Shown here one piece after another: positions 50,241-58,561 of a stretch of DNA of 64,000 nt; positions within the stretch are counted from its first letter, which is position 1, and each line of letters begins with the position of its first letter. Source of the DNA: an uncultured bacterium (GTDB lineage: Bacteria; Oederibacteriota; JAAXVQ01; JAUVAV01); the NCBI GenBank assembly GCA_963710755.1, contig CAVQBK010000003.1:1024001-1088000 (forward strand), written 5' to 3'. The position numbers and the translations under genes were made by a program. The notes under the pieces were generated by a model, which was not told where the DNA came from, ran no database searches, and saw only the letters and a list, made by a program, of their open reading frames with translations.

Positions 50241-52739
50241 ATGAAAGCAATGGTAATGGCCGGAGGATTTGGCACGCGTTTGCGTCCTCTCACCTGCAAT
50301 ATTCCCAAGCCCATGGTGCCCATGATCAACCGCCCCATGCTGGAACATATCTTTGATTTGCTCAAGGTACATGGCTTCACGGACGTGGTGGTGGCTTTGT
50401 ACTTCCAGCCGGAAGTAATTCAGGATTATTTTGGCGATGGTAAAAAATTCGGATTAAACATTGATTATATTCTGCCGGAAGGGGATTTGGGTACCGCCGG
50501 ATGTGTCAAATATGCACAAGACCTTCTCGGCAAGGAATCTTTCCTGGTCATCTCCGGGGATGTGTTGACCAATATCAATTTATCCAAAGCTGTGGCGTAC
50601 CACCAGGAAAAAAAATCGATGGCCACTATCGTACTGGGACGGGAGGAAAACCCCTTGGCCTATGGGGTGGTCATCACCAAAGACGATGGCCGCATTGCTC
50701 GTTTTTTGGAAAAGCCCACCTGGGGCGAAGTGTTTTCCGACACCATCAACACGGGCATCTATATTTTGGAACCGGAGGTGCTGGAGCGTATACCTTCGGA
50801 AGGAGATTATGATTTTAGCAAGCAGCTCTTTCCTGAGATTTTAAACGCAGACCTGCCGTTGTACGGCTATATCGCGGAAAACAACTATTGGAAAGATGTG
50901 GGCAATCTTACCGAATATCGTCAGGCCCATTATGATGCCATCAAGGCGGCTGGGGCCCTGGGTCAGCCCGGTGAAGGTCAGTGGAGCAAGGGTAACTGGA
51001 TCGGTCCCGGTTGTCAGATCGATCCGTCAGCGGTTTTGGAAGAAGGCGTTATTCTGGGGCCTCATTGCTGGATCGGTCCCAATGTGCGTATTGCCAATTC
51101 GGTGTTGGGCAAATCCTGCCGGGTGGGCGAAGGCTCTAAAATTATCGGTGCGGTAATTTGGGACAATGTTTCCATTGGTAATGGCGCCAACCTCAAGGAA
51201 GTCACCATTGGCAATGATTGTAAAATCGGAGCAAGAAGTTATATTGGCGTGGGCGCCGTGGTGGCCGACTTTTGCACGATTGGAGAGGAAGCCACGGTCA
51301 AAGCGGAAGTCAAGGTATGGCCCTATAAAGTCATCGAAGACGGCACTACGTTGTCCACATCGCTTATTTGGGGTGAACGCTGGACCAAGCACATATTCGA
51401 TGCCTATGGCGTCACGGGTGTAGGTAATGTAGAGATCACCCCTGAGTTTGCCGCCAAACTGGGGGCAGCCTATGGCGCTTCTCTGAAAAAAGGTGCTATT
51501 GTGGTTTCAAGCCGTGACAACCACAAATCCTCCCGCATTATTGATCGTGCCATCATGACCGGCTTGGCTTCCGTGGGGGTTAATGTTTATGACTTGCGGG
51601 TGGTGCCCACGCCCGTGGCCAGATACGCCGTGCGGGCCTTAAAGGTGGCCGGCGGATTTCATGTACGCAAATCACCCTATGATCCCAAATTAATGGATAT
51701 CAAATTTTTCGATAATCAAGGCAAAGAACTGACCAGTGCCAAGGAGAAAGGCATTGAGAATCTCTTTTTTCGCGAAGATTTTCCGCGGGCCGATATGGAG
51801 GAAGCCGGAGAGATCATGTTTCCGCCGCGGGCCCTGGAATATTATCAGGAAGGGTTTGTGAGCCTGCTCAACCGGGAAAAAATCAGGGAGGCCCAGTTTA
51901 AGGTGGTCATCGATTATGCCTGGGGCAGCGCGGTCAATATTTTTCCCCAGGTCCTGGGTGATCTGCACTGCGAGGTGGTGGCCTTAAACTCCTACCCTGA
52001 CGGCACGCGTCTAACCCGGTCTAAAATTGATTTTGAACAATCACTCAGCCGCTTGGGTGAAATCGTGGGCACCCTGAAAGCCCAGGTGGGCATCATGATG
52101 GACGCGGGTGCCCAGAAAATATTTATTGCCGATAACAGCGGCCGTGTGCTTGACGGTGATCTGGCGTTGGCGTTGATGGCCTTGTTAATTTTCAAAACCA
52201 AGCGGGGCGCCCGCATTGCCGTACCCATCTCTGTATCCAGAGTGGTGGAAGATTTGGCGGAGCAATTCGGCGGTCAGGTCGTTTACACCAAAACCAATTA
52301 TGCAGCCATTCTGGAAGCGGCCGACCAGAAACGCATTGACTTTGTGGGCGAGGTCAAGGGCGGCTATGTATTTCCCAAATTCCAGCCGGCCTTTGACGCC
52401 ATGATGGCCTCCGCCAAACTGCTGGAGCTCATGGCTTTGGCCGGGGAAACACTCTCTGATCTGGTGGCTCAGGTACCGGCCATTAATATTGTACGGCTTC
52501 ATGTGGCCTGTTCATGGGAGAAAAAAGGAGAGATTATGCGCCGCCTGATTGAGGCCACTCGCAAGGAAAATGTACAGTTGATTGACGGCGTCAAAGTGTG
52601 GCACGGCAAGTCTTGGGTACTCATTATTCCCGATGCCGATAAGCCCATCTTCCATGTCAACGCCGAGGCCGTTTCTTTGGAACAGTCCAAACAATTGGCC
52701 AACCGTTATGTACAGATGATCCAGGAATGGCAGGGGTAG
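50241..52739 (+). CDS. Mannose-1-phosphate guanylyltransferase-like nucleotidyltransferase with hexapeptide repeats, fused to a degenerate phosphohexomutase domain
   Basis: MAGGFGTRLRPLT, PKPM, FLEKP, INTGIY; mutase part lacks the TASHN motif. Confidence 0.9.
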   Translation: MKAMVMAGGFGTRLRPLTCNIPKPMVPMINRPMLEHIFDLLKVHGFTDVVVALYFQPEVIQDYFGDGKKFGLNIDYILPEGDLGTAGCVKYAQDLLGKESFLVISGDVLTNINLSKAVAYHQEKKSMATIVLGREENPLAYGVVITKDDGRIARFLEKPTWGEVFSDTINTGIYILEPEVLERIPSEGDYDFSKQLFPEILNADLPLYGYIAENNYWKDVGNLTEYRQAHYDAIKAAGALGQPGEGQWSKGNWIGPGCQIDPSAVLEEGVILGPHCWIGPNVRIANSVLGKSCRVGEGSKIIGAVIWDNVSIGNGANLKEVTIGNDCKIGARSYIGVGAVVADFCTIGEEATVKAEVKVWPYKVIEDGTTLSTSLIWGERWTKHIFDAYGVTGVGNVEITPEFAAKLGAAYGASLKKGAIVVSSRDNHKSSRIIDRAIMTGLASVGVNVYDLRVVPTPVARYAVRALKVAGGFHVRKSPYDPKLMDIKFFDNQGKELTSAKEKGIENLFFREDFPRADMEEAGEIMFPPRALEYYQEGFVSLLNREKIREAQFKVVIDYAWGSAVNIFPQVLGDLHCEVVALNSYPDGTRLTRSKIDFEQSLSRLGEIVGTLKAQVGIMMDAGAQKIFIADNSGRVLDGDLALALMALLIFKTKRGARIAVPISVSRVVEDLAEQFGGQVVYTKTNYAAILEAADQKRIDFVGEVKGGYVFPKFQPAFDAMMASAKLLELMALAGETLSDLVAQVPAINIVRLHVACSWEKKGEIMRRLIEATRKENVQLIDGVKVWHGKSWVLIIPDADKPIFHVNAEAVSLEQSKQLANRYVQMIQEWQG

Positions 52740-52845
52740 AGGCTAAGGTCCACACAGTTACTTATTCCCCCAAAAAAGTCATCGGAGCCAGCAATTTTCT
52801 TGAGGAACTGGCTGGTGCATCCAACTTAAAGGCAGGTTAAGCAGC

Positions 52846-54264
52846 ATGAAACAAATTTCATTTGGAACATCGGGATGGCGGGATATCATTGCCGACGGGT
52901 TTACCTTTGATGGCGTCCGGGCGCTGACCCGGGCTGTGGCCAGGGAGTTGAAAAAGAAAAAAATGGGGTCCCGCGGGGTGGTGGTGGGGCATGATTCCCG
53001 TTTTCTTTCGGAGAACTTCGCAGCTTTTGCTGCCCAAATTCTCAGCGAGGAAGGCCTGCCGGTTTATCTGGTGGAAGCCTCTACGCCCACGCCGGTACTG
53101 GCGACCGCTATTTTGGATTTGAAATGCGCCGGAGGCATCAATTTCACCGCCAGCCACAACCCAGCCCAATATCAAGGCTTTAAATGGTCCAACCATTTTG
53201 GCGGACCGGCCACCAAGGAAGAGGTGGCGCCTATTGAAAAAGCGGCCAATGTGCTGCTGGCCCAAGGTGGCGGTCAAGCCCCGCGCGGTGTCAAGCCCGG
53301 CAAGATTACTAAAATTGATCCCAAAAAAGCCTATTTCAGGCGGTTGCATAAAAAAGTCGCCATGGAGGTGCTGAAAGCCGCCAAGTTGAGCGTCGTGGCC
53401 GATCCCCTCTTCGGAGCCGGGCATGGTTATTTGGATGTGGCCTTAAAGGAAGCGGGGTGCAAACTGGAGGTGATGCACGATTGGCGTGATCCTCTGTTTG
53501 GTGGTGGATCGCCTGAACCGAATGGGGAACGACTGGCCGAAGCCGCCAGCCTCATGAAAAAGAAACGGGGGCAATTGACCCTGGGCACGGATGGTGATGC
53601 GGACCGCTTTGGCGTTGTTGACCGGGACGGTACCTACATCACGCCCAATGAAGTGCTGGCCTTGATAGTGTATTTGTTGGTCAAGCACCGCGGTTTAAAA
53701 GGCCGGGTAGTCCGTTCCGTGGTCTCGAGTCATCTGATTGATGCCGTGGCCAAACATTATGGCCTGAGTGTGGAAGTCACGCCGGTGGGCTTTAAGTACA
53801 TTGGTGAGAGCATGCAGCGTCCCGGCTTTTTGATCGGCGGTGAAGAGAGCGGCGGCTTGACCATTGCCGGGCATGTGCCGGAAAAGGATGGCATTCTGGC
53901 CTGCCTTCTGATTGCGGAGCTGGTAGCCCGGGAACAAAAAAGTCTGAAACAAATCCTGCAACATCTTTATCGGCAAGTAGGCACCCTCTACACTGACCGG
54001 CTTAATGTCACCCTGGACTCCTTGGCTTCGGGCAAACGGTTAAAAGCCAAGTTGGAACACTTTCGTCCCCAATCCATGGCTGGAAAAAGAGTCGCGGCCA
54101 TTGATCGAATGGATGGATTTAAATATATACTGGACAATGATAGTTGGCTGGCCATACGCTTGTCCGGCACTGAGCCGGTGGCGCGTTTATACCTGGAAGC
54201 TCACAGTCCCCAGGAATTAAAAAAATTACTGAGCGAAGGCAAACGGCTGCTGGCCAATGCATAA
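52846..54264 (+). CDS. Phosphoglucomutase/phosphomannomutase
   Basis: FGTSGWR, TASHNP, DGDADR, GGEESGG, RLSGTEP. Confidence 0.95.
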   Translation: MKQISFGTSGWRDIIADGFTFDGVRALTRAVARELKKKKMGSRGVVVGHDSRFLSENFAAFAAQILSEEGLPVYLVEASTPTPVLATAILDLKCAGGINFTASHNPAQYQGFKWSNHFGGPATKEEVAPIEKAANVLLAQGGGQAPRGVKPGKITKIDPKKAYFRRLHKKVAMEVLKAAKLSVVADPLFGAGHGYLDVALKEAGCKLEVMHDWRDPLFGGGSPEPNGERLAEAASLMKKKRGQLTLGTDGDADRFGVVDRDGTYITPNEVLALIVYLLVKHRGLKGRVVRSVVSSHLIDAVAKHYGLSVEVTPVGFKYIGESMQRPGFLIGGEESGGLTIAGHVPEKDGILACLLIAELVAREQKSLKQILQHLYRQVGTLYTDRLNVTLDSLASGKRLKAKLEHFRPQSMAGKRVAAIDRMDGFKYILDNDSWLAIRLSGTEPVARLYLEAHSPQELKKLLSEGKRLLANA

Positions 54265-55504
54265 GCCGGTCAGTAAGACTATTTTGCCCAATGGCTTGAC
54301 CTTGCTGGTGCAGCCCTTGCCATCGTTGGCTTCGGTCTCAGTCGGACTGCAGCTGCTTAGCGGGTCGCGTGAAGAAAGTCCGGCGGAAGCCGGATTGACC
54401 CATCTGATTGAACATTTGCTGTTTCAAGGCACGGGCAAGCGCAGTATGCGTGAATTATCGCGCGTGATCAGCGCCGTGGGCGGACAATTGGATGCCTGCA
54501 CCGGCCGTGAGAGCATGACGCTTTACACCAAGGTTCCGCCCCAACACCTGGGACTTGCCCTGGACGTTATGGCCGATATGATTTTTAACAGTGCCCTGCG
54601 CCCCTCCAGTCTGGCTAAAGAGAAGGCGGTCATCACGGAAGAAATCAACATGGTGGATGACACGCCTGATGAATTGATTCACGATCTGTTTCTGCAGGCG
54701 CTTTGGCCTAACCAAGGTTTGGGCCGGGCCATCCTGGGCAGCCTGGACAATTTAAACCAGTTTACCATCCCCCAGATCAAAGCCTTTATGCAGCGCTATT
54801 TCGACCCTTCCAACATGATTTTGGCCGTGGCCGGCAAAGTTTCACCTGCAAGAGTAAGTGCTTTGGCTAAGACCTATTTTGCGGTTTCCGGTGTTGCTCA
54901 TGCTGATGGCCAAGTTTATCCAGGGGAAGAATCGCAACCTTCCCAACCTCTTTGGGAAAAGCGAACCTTGGAACAAGTCCATTTGTGTCTGGGTGTCAAA
55001 GCTTTTGCATATGCTGATCCGCGGCGCGTGGCCGCCATTGCGCTGTCCACCATTCTGGGCGGAGGAGCCAATTCCCGTTTGTTTTATGAAATCAGAGAGC
55101 GCCGGGGGTTGGCCTATGCGGTCTACTCGTTTACTGATTTTTTCCGTGATACGGGCTTGATAGGTGTTTACGCTGCCTGTCAGAAAAAGAATTTTGCCCA
55201 GACCATGGCCGTGATCAAGGAGCAGATTGACCACTTAGTCAGCCGTGGTGTGACAGCTGCCGAGCTGGCGGATGTGAAAGCGCAACTGAAGGGTAATTTA
55301 CAATTGTCCTTGGAGAGTTCCTCCAGTTTTATGTGGAGCATGTTGCAGCAGGAGACTTATTTGCACCAACAACCTTCTCTAGGTTCGGTATTGAAAACAA
55401 TTGACCAGCTTACCAGGCAGGACTTGAAAAAAATTGCACAAACCCTTTTTTCCAATCAATCTTTAATTCCTGCAGTGCTCGGCCCCTACCCTAAAAAAAT
55501 CTGA
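54257..55504 (+). CDS. M16-family zinc peptidase
   Basis: Inverted zinc motif HLIEH, EKAVITEEI, SRLFYEIRERRGLAY. Confidence 0.92.
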   Translation: MHKPVSKTILPNGLTLLVQPLPSLASVSVGLQLLSGSREESPAEAGLTHLIEHLLFQGTGKRSMRELSRVISAVGGQLDACTGRESMTLYTKVPPQHLGLALDVMADMIFNSALRPSSLAKEKAVITEEINMVDDTPDELIHDLFLQALWPNQGLGRAILGSLDNLNQFTIPQIKAFMQRYFDPSNMILAVAGKVSPARVSALAKTYFAVSGVAHADGQVYPGEESQPSQPLWEKRTLEQVHLCLGVKAFAYADPRRVAAIALSTILGGGANSRLFYEIRERRGLAYAVYSFTDFFRDTGLIGVYAACQKKNFAQTMAVIKEQIDHLVSRGVTAAELADVKAQLKGNLQLSLESSSSFMWSMLQQETYLHQQPSLGSVLKTIDQLTRQDLKKIAQTLFSNQSLIPAVLGPYPKKI

Positions 55505-55727
55505 TTAAAATAAAATCTGCTAACCAACGCAAACGTAAGTTGAATTCAGGTCAAGAATCTTGCTCCCAAATGAGTGTCTGTTCATTAAGTCTTCGCTCCT
55601 GTCTTAGCGGTAGTTTGAAATGAAGAAAGATCAACCGTCCTGTCTGTATCGCGAATATGATGGTGGATATTAAAAAGTTCATGTCTGTAAGTTTGGAAAA
55701 TGTGTTAAAGGAAATATTAATATTTTA

Positions 55728-55755
55728 TTGACTATTGTGAGATATTTTGTAAACT
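55728..55755 (+). promoter_or_regulatory. Putative sigma70 promoter of the small basic protein gene
   Basis: TTGACT-N16-TAAACT with an AT-rich upstream tract. Confidence 0.5.
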
Positions 55756-55814
55756 ATATTTTGTGCTACATCTAATACGACATACACCATCTAGAAAAGG
55801 GGGGCAATTAGGAA

Positions 55815-55928
55815 ATGGCTACAAAAAAGGCTGTAAAAAAAGTAGCGAAGAAAGCCGTGAAAAAGGCTGTAAAAAAAGTAGCGAAGAAAGCAGTAAAAAA
55901 GGTAGCTAAAAAAGCAACAAAGAAATAA
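55815..55928 (+). CDS. 37-aa Lys/Ala/Val-rich histone-H1-like small basic protein
   Basis: MATKKAVKKVAKKAVKKAVKKVAKKAVKKVAKKATKK*; AAGGGGGG RBS; synonymous codon variation between repeat units; terminator downstream. Confidence 0.85.
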   Translation: MATKKAVKKVAKKAVKKAVKKVAKKAVKKVAKKATKK

Positions 55929-55964
55929 GTACTTTTTGTCCTAAGCATTAGAATACAGAACAAA

Positions 55965-55997
55965 AACGCCGGGCTTTGGCCCGGCGTTATTTTTTTT
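55965..55997 (+). terminator. Intrinsic terminator
   Basis: aacgccgggc-tttg-gcccggcgtt followed by a T tract. Confidence 0.9.
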
Positions 55998-56036
55998 CAG
56001 GCCTTTTCGGATAAATAGGATGATCCGGTTTTTCCG

Positions 56037-56065
56037 TTGGTCCACTACTGAGCGTCTGCTATAAT
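56037..56065 (+). promoter_or_regulatory. Putative sigma70 promoter of rnj
   Basis: TTGGTC-N17-TATAAT with extended TG. Confidence 0.6.
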
Positions 56066-56092
56066 AACCAAAAATTGAAAAGGGTAATCTCG

Positions 56093-57796
56093 ATGACTAT
56101 AGAAGATCAATTCCAACAATCACATGACCAGCCGGCCAATGCCTGTGCCATCATTCCTTTAGGCGGATTGGGTGAGATCGGGAAAAATATGCTGGTCTTG
56201 GAATGTGAAGGCCAATTACTAATTATAGATGCCGGTCTGGCTTTTCCCACGGAAGAACAACCGGGTATTGATCTTATTATTCCCGATGTCTCTTATATTC
56301 TTGAAAAAGCGGAATCCATTGTTGGCCTTATTTTAACCCATGGCCACGAAGATCATATTGGCGGCGTTCCCTTTCTTTTGAAACAACTTTCCCGTAACCT
56401 GCCCATCTACGGCACGCGTATGACCTTGGGTATGCTACAGAATAAATTGGAAGAGCATCATCTCCTGAGCCAAGTGGAGCTCCGGCCTATTGAAGCCGGG
56501 CAACAGCTGGTTCTGGGGCCCTTTGAAATTGAATTTATCCGGGTAACTCACTCCATTGTGGATGGTGTAGCGCTGGGCATAAAAACACCGGCAGGACGTT
56601 TGGTGCATACAGGCGACTTTAAACTCGATCCCACACCCGTGGACAACCAGGTGACGGACCTGGCGGCTTTTGGTGCCTGGGGCAGAGAAGGGGTGGACTT
56701 GTTGCTGGCGGATTCCACCAATGTGGAAAGAGAAGGTTATACCCTATCGGAAAGAGAAGTAGGTGTGGCGTTTGACGAGATCGTCCGTGATGCCGAGGGC
56801 CGGGTGGTGATTGCTTGTTTTTCCAGTAATATTCACCGCTTTCAGCAAGTCGTGAATACAGCCCTTAAGTTTCAACGTAAAATCGGAGTGCTCGGGTTGA
56901 GCATGGTTAAGAATATGCGCACTGCCCAGGAGTTGGGGTATCTTAACATTCCCGCCAATCTGTGGTTGAAATGGAGTGAAGTGGCCATGCTGCCGCCGAA
57001 AGACACATTGGTATTAACCACGGGCAGTCAAGGTGAACCCAACAGCGCCCTGGCCCGGGCTGCGGTGGGCGAACACCAGGATTTGAGACTGCAGCGCGGA
57101 GATACAGTGGTGATCTCAGCGCGCACCATTCCAGGCAATGAACGCCGCATCGGCACTATGATCAATCAGTTGTTTCATTTGGGCGCGCAGGTGCAATATG
57201 AACGGGTCAGTGAGATTCATGTCTCCGGCCACGCTGCCCGGGAAGAATTGAAAATCATTCATCGCCTGGTCAATGCCCGTCATTTCATGCCTGTACACGG
57301 AGAGACCAGGCATCTGGTTCATCATGCAGCCTTGGCCCATGCCTTGGGTTATGATCCGGAAAATATTTTTATTCTTGAAAATGGTGATCGGCTGGTACTT
57401 ACACCCGAGGGGGTTTCACGGGGTGAACCCGTGCCTTCCGGCCGGGTGCTGGTGGATGGCAAAGGTATGGGGGATGTGGACCAAGTGGTATTGCGCGACC
57501 GCAAGCATCTGGCTCAGGATGGTATGGTGGTGGTCGTGTTGGGCTTGGATCGCCAACAGGGGGAGGTCATCTCCGGGCCTGATATATTAAGCCGTGGCAT
57601 CAGCGAGACGCTGGAACAGGATAAAGTGCGTGAAGAAATGCTGGACGTGGTGCGCCAGGTATTGGCCGAGGAAAACGGCCCGGCTATGAGCGATCCCTTG
57701 ATGATTCAGGATCAACTGCGGCGAGCGTTGAAGAAATATTTTAAGAAAAAAATGATGCGTTTTCCCATGATCGTGCCGGTGGTAATGGAGGTCTAA
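56093..57796 (+). CDS. rnj: Ribonuclease J
   Basis: PLGGLGEIGKNM, THGHEDHIG, HTGDFK, TTGSQGEP, IHVSGH. Confidence 0.97.
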   Translation: MTIEDQFQQSHDQPANACAIIPLGGLGEIGKNMLVLECEGQLLIIDAGLAFPTEEQPGIDLIIPDVSYILEKAESIVGLILTHGHEDHIGGVPFLLKQLSRNLPIYGTRMTLGMLQNKLEEHHLLSQVELRPIEAGQQLVLGPFEIEFIRVTHSIVDGVALGIKTPAGRLVHTGDFKLDPTPVDNQVTDLAAFGAWGREGVDLLLADSTNVEREGYTLSEREVGVAFDEIVRDAEGRVVIACFSSNIHRFQQVVNTALKFQRKIGVLGLSMVKNMRTAQELGYLNIPANLWLKWSEVAMLPPKDTLVLTTGSQGEPNSALARAAVGEHQDLRLQRGDTVVISARTIPGNERRIGTMINQLFHLGAQVQYERVSEIHVSGHAAREELKIIHRLVNARHFMPVHGETRHLVHHAALAHALGYDPENIFILENGDRLVLTPEGVSRGEPVPSGRVLVDGKGMGDVDQVVLRDRKHLAQDGMVVVVLGLDRQQGEVISGPDILSRGISETLEQDKVREEMLDVVRQVLAEENGPAMSDPLMIQDQLRRALKKYFKKKMMRFPMIVPVVMEV

Positions 57797-57826
57797 TCCA
57801 GCCTGCCCAAGATCATGAGTGAGAGT

Positions 57827-58410
57827 CCCGACCGGAGCAGATATTATTATGCCAGGGACGCCTACGGCAGCCCCGACCGGAGCAGATATTATTATGCCAG
57901 GGACGCCTGCGGCAGCCCCGACCGGAGCAGATATTATTATGCCAGGGACGCCTACGGCAGCCCCGACCGGAGCAGATATTATTATGCCAGGGACGCCTGC
58001 GGCAGCCCCGACCGGAGCAGATATTATTATGCCAGGGACGCCTACGGCAGCCCCGACCGGAGCAGATATTATTATGCCAGGGACGCCTACGGCAGCCCCG
58101 ACCGGAGCAGATATTATTATGCCAGGGACGCCTACGGCAGCCCCGACCGGAGCAGATATTATTATGCCAGGGACGCCTACGGCAGCCCCGACCGGAGCAG
58201 ATATTATTATGCCAGGGACGCCTACGGCAGCCCCGACCGGAGCAGATATTATTATGCCAGGGACGCCTACGGCAGCCCCGACCGGAGCAGATATTATTAT
58301 GCCAGGGACGCCTACGGCAGCCCCGACCGGAGCAGATATTATTATGCCAGGGACGCCTACGGCAGCCCCGACCGGATAGGATATTATAAGAAAGGGACGC
58401 CTACGGCAGT
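57827..58410. repeat. Tandem array of a 45-bp unit: 12 near-identical copies plus 1 degenerate copy
   Basis: Unit cccgaccggagcagatattattatgccagggacgcctacggcagc starts at 57827, 57872...58322; units 2 and 4 carry tac>tgc; last unit (58367) is diverged. Confidence 0.97.
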
Positions 58411-58500
58411 TCCAAGAACGTAGATCTTGTTGATACAGCATCCAATGTTCCCCTGCCTCAGGCTGCAGGTGTCATCATCAGCCCGGCCTGAAAAAAGTCC

Positions 58501-58529
58501 TTGAACCAAGTCTGCGGCAAAGCTATGAT
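58501..58529 (+). promoter_or_regulatory. Putative sigma70 promoter of ftsK
   Basis: TTGAAC-N17-TATGAT. Confidence 0.5.
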
Positions 58530-58561
58530 GCTATCATTATGAGTTGGAAATGGAAGGCCCA

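Noticed and set aside
51400-52739. Inactive-looking mutase domain as a novelty
   Set aside because: Loss of the TASHN motif is usual in this nucleotidyltransferase-mutase fusion family, and an intact PGM/PMM gene follows
57827-58410. CRISPR array
   Set aside because: The segments between hairpins are identical rather than unique spacers, and no cas gene is in the window
57587-58441. Minus-strand 284-aa ORF and the 57819-58379 PTGADIIMPG ORF
   Set aside because: By-products of a stop-free 45-bp repeat; the minus-strand ORF also overlaps rnj antisense
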